Source of the DNA: an uncultured Clostridia bacterium
Lineage (GTDB): Bacteria > Bacillota > Clostridia > TANB77 > CAG-508
Direction of reading: 5' to 3'
Assembly (NCBI GenBank): GCA_944387505.1
Contig: CALXFG010000001.1
Span: forward strand, 13,167 to 77,166
Length of the DNA stretch: 64,000 nucleotides
Part shown: positions 1-8,947 of the stretch, piece after piece
Numbering within the stretch: position 1 is the first letter of the stretch
Layout: each line of letters starts with the position of its first letter
Program-made: the position numbers and the translations under genes
The notes under the pieces: generated by a model
Told to the model about the DNA's origin: nothing
Databases searched by the model: none
Seen by the model: only the letters and a program-made list of their open reading frames with translations

Positions 1-137
1 GCTACAATATCTGATATAATTCCCTCAAAAAACATAGCCATAATAAAATATACAATTAAGGAAATAATCATTGCTACCATGATGTTGGCTATTAAAGACA
101 TGCTTAATCTAATTTTCCTTTTGGTTAAATCATTCAT
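1..137 (-). CDS. sensor histidine kinase, N-terminal fragment (runs off window)
   Basis: ATG at 137 overlaps the TGA of the upstream response regulator (ATGAATGA). The translation MNDLTKRKIRLSMSLIANIMVAMIISLIVYFIMAMFFEG is a basic stretch followed by a TM helix. The kinase role is inferred from position only. Confidence 0.45.
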   Translation of the reverse strand, partial: MNDLTKRKIRLSMSLIANIMVAMIISLIVYFIMAMFFEGIISDIV

Positions 138-846
138 TTTCAATTTTATATCCCACTCCCCATACTGTTTTTATAAATTTTGGATGTTTGGTATCTTCAT
201 TTAATTTTTCTCTTATCCTTCTAATATGCACCATAACTGTATTATTACTGTCTAAATATTTTTCTTTCCATACCTTTTCAAATAACTCTTCCGAAGGAAT
301 CACTTTTCCTCTGTTTTCTGCTAAGTATAACAATATTTCAAATTCCATTGGTGTGAAATCGATTTCTTTTTCATATAGTGAGCATTTGTGTTTATCTTTA
401 TCTATCACTAAACCATTAATTTCGATTATATTATTTGATGTATGTTCTCCATTATATAATGTATATCTTCTTAATGCTGATTTTACTCTTGCCACCAACT
501 CTAACGGATTGAAGGGTTTAGTAATATAGTCATCTGCTCCTAACGTTAATCCTTTTATCTTATCATTATCCTCTATTTTAGCAGTTAGCATAATGACAGG
601 AAATTTAAGTCCTTTTTCACGGATATATCTACAAATTTCAAATCCATCTTTTCCTTCGATCATCACATCTAAAATAGCAACATCTATTTTCTTTGTATCA
701 ATACAATTGATTGCCTCTTCTGATGTATAAAATTTATATATCTGATAATTTTCATTTTGCAGATACAATTCTACCAAATCTGCAATTTCTTTTTCATCAT
801 CTAATACTAAAATATTCATTTCTACAATTCCTTTCTCAAGGTTCAA
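130..846 (-). CDS. OmpR/PhoB-family response regulator (REC + winged helix)
   Basis: ILVLDDE...DVAILDVMIEGKDGFEI...MLTAK receiver motifs. C-terminal LTPMEFEIL...IRRIREKL...IKTVWGVGYK winged-helix signature. Confidence 0.9.
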   Translation of the reverse strand: MNLEKGIVEMNILVLDDEKEIADLVELYLQNENYQIYKFYTSEEAINCIDTKKIDVAILDVMIEGKDGFEICRYIREKGLKFPVIMLTAKIEDNDKIKGLTLGADDYITKPFNPLELVARVKSALRRYTLYNGEHTSNNIIEINGLVIDKDKHKCSLYEKEIDFTPMEFEILLYLAENRGKVIPSEELFEKVWKEKYLDSNNTVMVHIRRIREKLNEDTKHPKFIKTVWGVGYKIENE

Positions 847-1056
847 ATTATATGAAAAAATTAAAATTATGGCAATAAAATTTTGTTTTTTCTCTTTATC
901 GCATTATACCATATAAATCCCCTATTTTTATTCATTTTTCAGAAATGTAAGAAAATGTTAAGAATTTGTTAATCCTTTCTTAAAGTTCTTTTTGTATTTA
1001 TTTTGTAAAATTTATATGAAGTAAAAATAAAGAATTTTCAGAAAGAAGGTTATAAC

Positions 1057-1821
1057 ATGAAAAAAAGAATACATAAAAAACTAAATAAGAAAAGATTATT
1101 TCTATCTTTACTCCTATTATGTGTCATTTTTTATTTATATATAAATTCTCAAGATATTTCTGTTGAAAGTACACATTTTATTTCTTCTTTAAAAAACAAT
1201 TCTGAATATGATGTTATCAAACAAGATACTAATCGTAATTACACAGGAATTGGTCAAGAAAAAGTAAAACATAAAGATGGCTATTTTACTACTTTTACAA
1301 CAGAAAAAAATCATCAAAAAACTTATGTGGAATATAAACAAAATGGGGATGCCTCTTGGAGCAATAATACCTATTGGGGAGATACCATGGCTCAAAATGG
1401 ATGTGGTATAACCGTTATGTCTATTATTTTAAGTGGTTATAACAAAAATTACACTCCTGAAGATTTACGACAAAAATATTATCCTGTTATGGATTATGAA
1501 CAATTTCCAAGTGAATTAGCTTCTACCTTTGGAATTAAAAATTCTGGTTTTTACTATGATTCTGACCATTTATCTAATACATCCATTGAAGAACATTTAC
1601 TTACCAATAGACCAATTATTGTTTGTGTTTGGAACCAACCACATAATAACCGATGGACTACTGCTTCTCATTATATGGCTCTTCTTGCTACTGATGGAAA
1701 GGGAATGGTTTATGTTTCTAATCCTAATGGATTAGAAAATGATAGCAAAAGTTCTGGTTGGTATGATATGAATGAGATTACCCCTTATCTTGCAAAAGCA
1801 ATTTATATTGAAGAATATTGA
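1057..1821 (+). CDS. membrane-anchored/secreted papain-like cysteine peptidase (C39-like fold)
   Basis: N-terminal basic + hydrophobic anchor. Candidate Cys (QNGCGITVMS) and His (ASHYMALLATDG...VYVSNP) arrangement typical of C39-like peptidases. RBS AGAAGG upstream. Confidence 0.55.
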   Translation: MKKRIHKKLNKKRLFLSLLLLCVIFYLYINSQDISVESTHFISSLKNNSEYDVIKQDTNRNYTGIGQEKVKHKDGYFTTFTTEKNHQKTYVEYKQNGDASWSNNTYWGDTMAQNGCGITVMSIILSGYNKNYTPEDLRQKYYPVMDYEQFPSELASTFGIKNSGFYYDSDHLSNTSIEEHLLTNRPIIVCVWNQPHNNRWTTASHYMALLATDGKGMVYVSNPNGLENDSKSSGWYDMNEITPYLAKAIYIEEY

Positions 1822-1834
1822 TTCTACTATAAGC

Positions 1835-1882
1835 AAACTAATAGTCGAGGAAACTAAACTGATTATTGGTTTACTTTTTTTA
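1835..1882 (+). terminator. rho-independent terminator candidate
   Basis: AAACTAATAGTC / GATTATTGGTTT imperfect 12-bp stem followed by a T-run. Confidence 0.45.
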
Positions 1883-1999
1883 TGAAACATAGTAATATTG
1901 AATTATACGAAAACACAAATATTGTTAGGTGGAAAAATCATTATGTTTTTGCAATTTTTCCAACTTAACTTATCCATTAAGAAAGGAAAGGGATTGATT

Positions 2000-2395
2000 A
2001 TGAAAAGTATAGGAGAAACCATTGCTTCTTTAAGAAAACAAAAAGGTATGACTCAAAATGAATTAGCTGAAAAAATGAATGTTACGGATAAGGCTGTTTC
2101 AAAATGGGAACGAGATTTATCTTGCCCAGATATTAACACCATTTCAAAATTAGCAGATATATTAGATGTATCTGTTGAAGAATTATTGAAAGCTAAAAAG
2201 AAAGAAGATTCCAATACAAAAATGAAAGATTTAATAAATTTAATTTTTAAAGCTATTGCTTTAGCTATGGGAATTGCTGTTGTGGTATTAAATATATTAA
2301 ATCAAATCGATATAAAATCATCTATCATTATGTTAGGAATCGGTATTACTTGTATGGCTATTTATTTATTAGGTAATAAGGAAACTACTAACTAA
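2000..2395 (+). CDS. XRE-family HTH regulator with C-terminal membrane helices
   Basis: Internal ATG at 2000 is preceded by GAAAGGAAAGGG. Contains IASLRKQKGMTQNELAEKMNVTDKAVSKWE HTH motif and two hydrophobic helices at the C-terminus. The ORF-track start at 1898 has no RBS. Confidence 0.8.
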   Translation: MKSIGETIASLRKQKGMTQNELAEKMNVTDKAVSKWERDLSCPDINTISKLADILDVSVEELLKAKKKEDSNTKMKDLINLIFKAIALAMGIAVVVLNILNQIDIKSSIIMLGIGITCMAIYLLGNKETTN

Positions 2396-2430
2396 TCCTA
2401 TAAAAATACTCATATCATAATACATAATTG

Positions 2431-2466
2431 AATCCCAGAAGTTACGATATCATAACCTCTGGGATT
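2431..2466. terminator. bidirectional hairpin between convergent genes
   Basis: AATCCCAGAAG ... CCTCTGGGATT inverted repeat between the stops at 2395 (+) and 2472 (-). Confidence 0.5.
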
Positions 2467-2471
2467 ATATT

Positions 2472-3806
2472 TTATCCTTCCCATTCCTCTGGTTCAGGAA
2501 TATATTCTTCTATAAAAGTCCATGTATCTCCCATATCATTTGACTTATAAGCTGCTTTCGTTCCTCCATTATAATCCCCATCACTACCTTGTCCAACAAC
2601 TAAAATCAATTCATTATTTTCATTGATATATGGCATTTCTGGTGTATCATAAACATCCTGCCAATTTAAATTAAGTGTTGTATCTTCTAAAGTTTGTGCT
2701 GGTATTTGTACTTCTGAAAATGTTTTCATTCCATCTGTTGTTTTATATAAAATAGCTTTTTCTCCTGCTGATACAGGATTTACCAAAAATCCTACATTTT
2801 CATCAAACATTTTAAACTGTGTGCCATCTCTGATAGAACCATTCTCATTAGGTCCATTTCCTACACTCGTCCAAGTCTCTCCCCCATCTTGTGTTTTTAA
2901 TATTTCTATAAATCTTTCTCCTCCTAGTGCAGCATCTACAACTTCCACTAAATATCCTGTGTTTGCATTCAAAAATTGTAGATACATAGGATTTCCTTCA
3001 CCCTTATATTCTTTTAGTTCCCAAGTTTTTCCTTTATCTTTTGAATATATCATTTGATTATCCATATTCATAATAGCTGTCACTTCTTCAGAGATTGTAT
3101 ATAAATTATCTGTTAATTTATATTTTTTAGAGCTATCTCTAAAATCTATCCCATTCGTTTCTACTTCTTTCCAAGTATTGCTATTATCATAGGTTACATA
3201 TATTTTTTCATTTTCTATCTTATAAGTACATTGTTTCTCTTTATCCTCATAGTATTTTTTATTTTCAAATTGAAATTGTTGTTGTTCTGCTTCTGCTTGT
3301 CCACTTTCTTTGTACTGCTGTATTTGATATTCTACTGGTTTCATTCTAGCAGTTACAAAGTATTTAGAAATTTGATTTTCTTCTCTTAATAAAAATTTCA
3401 AAACCCATTGGCAAGAAAGTATATGATTTTCTTTATATATTCCCCATTCATTTTCTAAAAAATAATCGCTTTTCTTTTTAGCTGTTTTTAATTCAAAATC
3501 TATTTGCACATATTGGTTTTCTTCTTCTAAAACTTCCACATTTTTAATTTCTATACTTTTTAATTTTTCCGTTCTTGGTACATATTTTTGCATATATTGT
3601 CCAACATATTGATTTATCCAGTCAGTTGCAATTTTAGATAAATCTTGTTCTTCTGTTTCTATATAAAATGTTCTTTCTGATTTGATATCAATTTTACTTT
3701 GTTGATAAAAATAATAACTTATATAGCTACATATCATAACAGCTATTAATATCAATATGCAAAGAATAATCAATATTGCTTTTTTATGTTGTTTGATAAA
3801 TCCCAT
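2472..3806 (-). CDS. membrane-anchored BNR/Asp-box repeat protein (beta-propeller, Ycf48/sialidase-like fold)
   Basis: N-terminal TM helix. Repeated SxDxGxTW boxes: SKDKGKTWE, TQDGGETWT, TTDGMKTFS, SNDMGDTWT. Confidence 0.7.
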   Translation of the reverse strand: MGFIKQHKKAILIILCILILIAVMICSYISYYFYQQSKIDIKSERTFYIETEEQDLSKIATDWINQYVGQYMQKYVPRTEKLKSIEIKNVEVLEEENQYVQIDFELKTAKKKSDYFLENEWGIYKENHILSCQWVLKFLLREENQISKYFVTARMKPVEYQIQQYKESGQAEAEQQQFQFENKKYYEDKEKQCTYKIENEKIYVTYDNSNTWKEVETNGIDFRDSSKKYKLTDNLYTISEEVTAIMNMDNQMIYSKDKGKTWELKEYKGEGNPMYLQFLNANTGYLVEVVDAALGGERFIEILKTQDGGETWTSVGNGPNENGSIRDGTQFKMFDENVGFLVNPVSAGEKAILYKTTDGMKTFSEVQIPAQTLEDTTLNLNWQDVYDTPEMPYINENNELILVVGQGSDGDYNGGTKAAYKSNDMGDTWTFIEEYIPEPEEWEG

Positions 3807-4041
3807 TGTTACTCACATTCCTTCCTAAAACATAAATCATGAAGTTTTACAACACCAAAATCGTAATTATTTTTCAACTTTTTCCACTATGTTCACTTTG
3901 CATATTATATCATATCACTTTTTTATTTTGAATGAACTTGATAAATTTTATATATGATTACTATCTATTATATTTGGTTCTTTGCTCTGTGAACATAATT
4001 AGATATTTAATTAGTTAATGCTTTTACTTATAGTGATTTAG

Positions 4042-4230
4042 CTTAAAAAAGCTGATATATAAATATTTTTTTAAATTCGAATGTGACCGAAATAGTTTTA
4101 CAAAGTCTTAAAATAAAACCGTAAAGGTTCCTGTTTCCGGGTATTGTTACGGTTTTATTTTTAGAATTTGTTAAACGTAATGTAGGGTAACCGAGAATTA
4201 AAAAAATATTTATATATCAGCTTTTTTAAG
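4042..4230. repeat. long palindromic intergenic element, family 2, copy 1
   Basis: Perfect 32-nt outer arms CTTAAAAAAGCTGATATATAAATATTTTTTTA (4042-4073) and their reverse complement (4199-4230). Central perfect 15-bp hairpin at 4110-4124/4147-4161. Inner ends CGAATGTGA and CCGAGAATT are shared with the copy at 33412-33589. Confidence 0.75.
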
Positions 4231-4310
4231 AAATAATTATGATGAAATTGGGTATACTCGTTAAAAATCTAAATAGTATCAAATCATATGTGATTTTTAT
4301 GTGTATTTTA

Positions 4311-4339
4311 TTGACAACTATCATCTGAAAAAATAAAAT
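4311..4339 (+). promoter_or_regulatory. sigma-70-type promoter candidate for the V-ATPase operon
   Basis: TTGACA, 17 nt spacer, TAAAAT, about 45 nt upstream of the first ATG. Confidence 0.4.
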
Positions 4340-4384
4340 ATAGATGAAAATAAAAATTCATTCAATATATAAGAGGTGAATTAA

Positions 4385-4726
4385 ATGGATAAAAAACTCA
4401 TTGATCATATATTACAAATTGATGAGCTTGCTAAAAAAAATGTAGCAGAAATTGAAGAAAAAAATAAAGAAGTAGAAACATATATAAAGCAAGAAATTAC
4501 AGCTAAAGAGGTTGCTCTTGAGGCACAATATAAAAAAAATATATTACAATTTCAACAAACTCTTGATGATTCTTTTGCCAAAAAAGAAAAAGAAGTAAAA
4601 GCAGAAACTTTAGAAAAATTAAACCATAAAAGAAATACATTTGAAGCCATGAAAGAAGAAAATGTAAATCAAATAATAAATCATATATTAAAAGAGGTGG
4701 TTTCAAATAATGAGAACAATGAATAA
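4385..4726 (+). CDS. V-type ATPase small coiled-coil peripheral-stalk subunit (G/H-like)
   Basis: 113-aa K/E-rich helical protein at the first position of the V-ATPase operon. RBS AGAGGTG. Assignment is by position and composition. Confidence 0.55.
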   Translation: MDKKLIDHILQIDELAKKNVAEIEEKNKEVETYIKQEITAKEVALEAQYKKNILQFQQTLDDSFAKKEKEVKAETLEKLNHKRNTFEAMKEENVNQIINHILKEVVSNNENNE

Positions 4727-5669
4727 TCCTGGTTTAAATGCAAAATTAAAAGCAATGTATGCACAAAAATTGAAAAAAGAGGATTTAGAAGATCTAATAA
4801 AACAAAATAATTTAACTGATGCGATTATCCTTCTAAAATCTAAATTACCTGAGTTAGATAATTTATCTGATAATGCAAAAAGAATGGAATTAGAAACAGC
4901 ATTAGATACACTTTTAATATATGATATTCAAAAAATTCTTAAGTATTTGCATGGTGCAAACAAAGAAATATTTACACAATATATTATAAAATACAAAATA
5001 GAAACTATTAAAAAGCTATACGAAAACATAGATAGTCCAAAAGTAAAAACGATACAAAGTAATGATTGGATTGAACATATATTTACAGATTTAAAAGTTC
5101 TATATACAGCCACTAGTAAAGAAGATTTTATTGATAAAATTCCTGATAAAAATATAAAATCAATTTTTGAAAATAGTCACACAGATTTTGAAAGAGAAAA
5201 TACATTAGATAAATATTATTTTGAAAACTTATTCAAAACAGTAAAAGGGAAAAATAAAAAAATAGAAACATTATTAAATATAAGAATTGACTTATTAAAT
5301 ATCCTTTGGACATATCGATGTAAAAAATATTATGGAATTGTCAATCAAGATATATTAATTCCTCATTTTTACAAAATCGATTTAAATACCATTCAAAAAA
5401 TTGAAAATGCGAACACCCGAGAGGATTTAAATCAAGCTTTAGCTGGTACTATTTATCAAAATATGATTGGTACACATATTGAAAGTGATATTAAAAAATA
5501 TGTATATCAAAAAAGTAAAAAAGCATTTAGAAATGAACTATTAGATTTAAGCATGATTATTAGCTATTTTAAAATATTAGAAACAGAAAAAGAAAATATT
5601 GTAACCATTATAGAAGGCATTAGATATAAAATGTCTAAGCCAAGTATCGAAAGTAAAATTATTATATAA
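4710..5669 (+). CDS. ntpC: V-type ATPase subunit C (eukaryotic d homologue)
   Basis: 319 aa, all-helical, sits between the stalk subunit and subunit I. Start overlaps the upstream gene. RBS AGAGGTGG. Confidence 0.75.
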   Translation: MRTMNNPGLNAKLKAMYAQKLKKEDLEDLIKQNNLTDAIILLKSKLPELDNLSDNAKRMELETALDTLLIYDIQKILKYLHGANKEIFTQYIIKYKIETIKKLYENIDSPKVKTIQSNDWIEHIFTDLKVLYTATSKEDFIDKIPDKNIKSIFENSHTDFERENTLDKYYFENLFKTVKGKNKKIETLLNIRIDLLNILWTYRCKKYYGIVNQDILIPHFYKIDLNTIQKIENANTREDLNQALAGTIYQNMIGTHIESDIKKYVYQKSKKAFRNELLDLSMIISYFKILETEKENIVTIIEGIRYKMSKPSIESKIII

Positions 5670-5687
5670 ACAAAAGAGGTGAAAATT

Positions 5688-7565
5688 TTGGCTATAGAAA
5701 GAATGAAATTTTTAAGCATGACTGGTAAAGAAGAAAATTTAGATTTTATTATCGCCAATGATTTAATCGGTTCTGGATTTCAACCAGAAAATGCTTTAAA
5801 AGTTTTAGAAAAAGGTTGGAAACTTACATATTTTTCATATGATTCTCGTATAAAAGAATATATCAAAAAAGCCGAAAATTTACTAAAGAAATTGGATATA
5901 CATTATGAGGAAAAGTCAGTTGGATTAACACAAAATTTTGATACACTCAAGCAATTTATAGAAACTTCTGAATCAAAAATAAACAATGTATATCAAGAAA
6001 TTGCAGAAAAGGAAAAAGAAATAGAAGAATTAAATACGAGTATTGTTCCGATTGAACATCTTAAGAATTTTCCAGAAACATTAGAAAATTTATACAATTT
6101 AAGATACATGTCGTTTCGATTTGGTGTGTTTTCTTTAGAAAATTATGATGAGCTTTGTAAAGAATTAGAACATATAGATGCCATTTTATTAGAATTGGAT
6201 AAAACCGAAGATGAAGTTTGGGTAGTATATTTTACACCTAAAGCTCTGTCTGAAAAAGTAGATAGCTATTTTAAAGTAATGAAATTTAAAAGAATTTGGC
6301 TTCCAGAAGATTTTAAAGGAATGCCATTAGAAGTAATTACACAAGTAAACACATATATAAAAGAAAATCAAACACAAATAGAAAATCAAAAAATAAAACT
6401 TTCTGAATTGAGAGAAACCATCGGAAGAGAATTAATCCATACTTATTTACAGTTACAACTTTTAGAAAAAATAAATAAAGTAAAAAAATATATGGCACAT
6501 GATAATAAAGGTTCTTTTTATATTGTTGGTTGGATTCCTTATCATAATTTAGAAGCTTTAACAACTAAATTAAAAAATCATCAAGTAGAATATGTTGTTA
6601 AAAGTCATGATGAAGTAGCAAGTACACCACCAACAAAATTGAAAAATAATAAAATTATAAAGCCTTTTGAATCCATTGTAAAAATGTATGGAACACCAAA
6701 TTATACAGAAATGGATCCAACACTATTTGTTGCAATAACTGCATTTTTAATGTTTGGTTTTATGTTTGGAGATGTAGGACAAGGCTTTATTATCGCACTA
6801 ATTGGATTTATTTTAATTAAAAAGAAAAAATCTTTAGGTCCTATATTTACAGCCGCAGGAATTTCAGCAATTTTATTTGGATTCCTGTATGGTAGTATCT
6901 TTGGAAAAGAAGATATTATCAAAGGAATCGTACCAAGTCCAATGGACAATATTCAAAACATGTTAGTTTTTGGAATTGGTAGTGGAGCTATATTAATTTT
7001 AATTGCCATGATATTTAATATTAAAAATGGTATTAAAAATAAAGATATTTCACGTGCTCTATTTGATAAAAATGGATTAGCTGGATTAATTTTTTATAGT
7101 GTTATCTTAATTCTAGTTGTAGGATTATTACAAAATGGAAAAATGATTTTAAGCTTAACAATTACATTGGTATTAATTATTATACCTTTACTTCTTATTT
7201 TATTTAAAGAAAAAATTGAAAATCTTTTAAGTAAAAAGAAAGCAAAGGAAAAAGTATCCATTGTAGAAAAAATATTTGAACTAATAGAAATGCTTTTAAG
7301 TATGGCAAGCAATACAATTTCATTTGTTAGACTAGCGGCTTTTGCAATCAATCATGTTGGTTTATGTATGGCTGTATATATTTTATCCAATATGTTTGGT
7401 AGTACTGGAAGTTTAATAGTTGCTATTATTGGTAATGGTATTGTTATCGTTCTTGAAGGTTTAATTGTTGCCATTCAAGTATTAAGATTAGAATATTATG
7501 AATTATTTAGTAGATTTTATTCTGGAGATGGAAAAGAATATATTCCAATTGAAAATGAAAAATAA
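5688..7565 (+). CDS. ntpI: V-type ATPase subunit I (a-type membrane stator)
   Basis: Soluble coiled-coil N-half plus multi-TM C-half ending in VLRLEYYELFSRFY. TTG at 5688 lies 6 nt after AGAGGTG and gives MAIERMKFLS, the usual subunit-I start. Confidence 0.9.
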   Translation: MAIERMKFLSMTGKEENLDFIIANDLIGSGFQPENALKVLEKGWKLTYFSYDSRIKEYIKKAENLLKKLDIHYEEKSVGLTQNFDTLKQFIETSESKINNVYQEIAEKEKEIEELNTSIVPIEHLKNFPETLENLYNLRYMSFRFGVFSLENYDELCKELEHIDAILLELDKTEDEVWVVYFTPKALSEKVDSYFKVMKFKRIWLPEDFKGMPLEVITQVNTYIKENQTQIENQKIKLSELRETIGRELIHTYLQLQLLEKINKVKKYMAHDNKGSFYIVGWIPYHNLEALTTKLKNHQVEYVVKSHDEVASTPPTKLKNNKIIKPFESIVKMYGTPNYTEMDPTLFVAITAFLMFGFMFGDVGQGFIIALIGFILIKKKKSLGPIFTAAGISAILFGFLYGSIFGKEDIIKGIVPSPMDNIQNMLVFGIGSGAILILIAMIFNIKNGIKNKDISRALFDKNGLAGLIFYSVILILVVGLLQNGKMILSLTITLVLIIIPLLLILFKEKIENLLSKKKAKEKVSIVEKIFELIEMLLSMASNTISFVRLAAFAINHVGLCMAVYILSNMFGSTGSLIVAIIGNGIVIVLEGLIVAIQVLRLEYYELFSRFYSGDGKEYIPIENEK

Positions 7566-7570
7566 AAAAA

Positions 7571-7599
7571 GGGAAATTTAAGTCCGTCCCCAAAATCCC
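7571..7599. repeat. solo copy of the family-1 terminal repeat
   Basis: GGGAAATTTAAGTCCGTCCCCAAAATCCC lies between the ntpI stop and the ntpK RBS. It matches the termini of the elements at 31252 and 49254. Confidence 0.65.
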
Positions 7600-7626
7600 G
7601 ATTTAGAGAAAGGAAAGGAATTTGAT

Positions 7627-8118
7627 ATGAGAAAAAAAATTTTTAATACAATGTTAATATTCGCCATTATTTTTGGAGTTTTAAGTGCAGGTTCTGTTTA
7701 TGCTGTGAATACTACAAATTCTTCTAGTAGAGTAAACACTAGCAGTGCAAATACCACTTCTTTAGAAAATACAACTGTTAATACTTCATCAGAAAGTATT
7801 GTTGGTGAAGAAACTACTAGTCAAGCTGAAACACAAGATCAAGCACAAGATCAAGCACAAACCACTTCTGAGCAAGCAACATCTACTGAAAATGAAGGTT
7901 TATCTAACCATGATATGGGATTACTTGCAGCTGCATTAGCAACAGGTCTTGCTTGTATCGGTGCAGGTATTGCTGTTGCCGTTGTTGCTTCTAGTGCCAT
8001 TGGTGCTATTAGCGAAAATCCTTCTTTATTAGGAAAAACAATTATATTTGCAGGTTTAGCAGAAGGTATTGCCATCTATGGTTTAATTATATCTATCATG
8101 ATATTAAATAAAATATAA
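7627..8118 (+). CDS. ntpK: V-type ATPase proteolipid (K/c) subunit: single hairpin with a 96-aa signal-peptide plus S/T/N/Q-rich N-terminal extension
   Basis: The C-terminal 67 aa, GLLAAALATGLACIGAGIAVA...IFAGLAEGIAIYGLIISIMIL, form a c-type two-helix hairpin with the carboxylate E. The N-terminus MRKKIFNTMLIFAIIFGVLSAGSVYA is signal-peptide-like. RBS AGGAAAGGA precedes 7627, and no RBS precedes the internal Met at 7915. Confidence 0.8.
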   Translation: MRKKIFNTMLIFAIIFGVLSAGSVYAVNTTNSSSRVNTSSANTTSLENTTVNTSSESIVGEETTSQAETQDQAQDQAQTTSEQATSTENEGLSNHDMGLLAAALATGLACIGAGIAVAVVASSAIGAISENPSLLGKTIIFAGLAEGIAIYGLIISIMILNKI

Positions 8119-8131
8119 AGGAAGATCTTAA

Positions 8132-8365
8132 TTGAAAATTGTAGGAATATTTAATAAAAGAGAAGAAGAAGTTGGTTTTCGATTATCTGGTATGGAAACC
8201 AATTTTATTCAAGATAAAACAGAACTTTTAGAATTTTTAAAAGATTTAAATAAAGATACAAATGTAGGTATATTAGTCATTAACAATGACATCTATCACT
8301 TATTACCCGAAGAATTTGATAAAATAGAACAATCACAATTACCATTACTATTAAAATTAAAGTAA
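8132..8365 (+). CDS. V-type ATPase subunit F
   Basis: 77 aa, KIVGI...GFRLSG...ILVIN pattern, TTG start 6 nt after AAGGAAG, correct operon position. Confidence 0.7.
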   Translation: MKIVGIFNKREEEVGFRLSGMETNFIQDKTELLEFLKDLNKDTNVGILVINNDIYHLLPEEFDKIEQSQLPLLLKLK

Positions 8366-8380
8366 GAGGAGTGTATCATT

Positions 8381-8947
8381 TTGAGTATAGATGAAAAGTT
8401 AAAAAAGTTTCAAGATACTTGTTTAGAAATATCTGAAAATGATAAGAAAAACTTGCAAGCTGAATTAGATGCAAAAGCAAAAAGTAAAATAGAAAAAGAA
8501 TTATCTATTTTCGAACAAAAACTTGAAACTAAATTTGAAAAAGAAAAAATACAATTAGAAAAAGAATATAATAAAAAAATAATTCATATAGAATTTAATG
8601 CCAAGAAACAATTATTAGATGAAGAAGCACAAGAAAAACAACAACTTTTTAAAGAATGTGTTCGAAAATTAGAGGATTATACTTCTACAGAAGAGTATAT
8701 TCATCTTCTTGGACAAATTCTTGAAAATACAATGTCTTATTTAGAGAATCGCTCAAATATAACGATTTGCTTGACAAATAGAGATGCTCAAAAAGTAGAT
8801 TTTAAAAATTATGGAAATATTGAAATCATAGAAGATGCATATATTGGTGGACTTATATTAAAAAATGAAAATATGCTGATTGATAATACATTTTTAACAA
8901 ATTTAAAGGAGAAACTATATGGAACCAAAGAAAATAACGAAAATTAA
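8381..8947 (+). CDS. ntpE: V-type ATPase subunit E
   Basis: 188 aa with a long K/E-rich N-terminal helix and a globular C-terminus. TTG start after AGAGGAG. Lies immediately upstream of subunit A. Confidence 0.7.
   Translation: MSIDEKLKKFQDTCLEISENDKKNLQAELDAKAKSKIEKELSIFEQKLETKFEKEKIQLEKEYNKKIIHIEFNAKKQLLDEEAQEKQQLFKECVRKLEDYTSTEEYIHLLGQILENTMSYLENRSNITICLTNRDAQKVDFKNYGNIEIIEDAYIGGLILKNENMLIDNTFLTNLKEKLYGTKENNEN

Noticed and set aside
1898-1999. Long N-terminal extensions given by the ORF track (1898, 31278, 33718, 46650, 47167, 53021, 60792, 24036)
   Set aside because: In each case an internal start has a proper Shine-Dalgarno site at 6-10 nt and matches the usual family N-terminus. The extension instead reads through intergenic repeats or promoter DNA.
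7839-7862. Tandem GATCAAGCACAA x2 inside ntpK as a regulatory repeat
   Set aside because: It simply encodes the DQAQDQAQ low-complexity stretch of the N-terminal extension, in frame.
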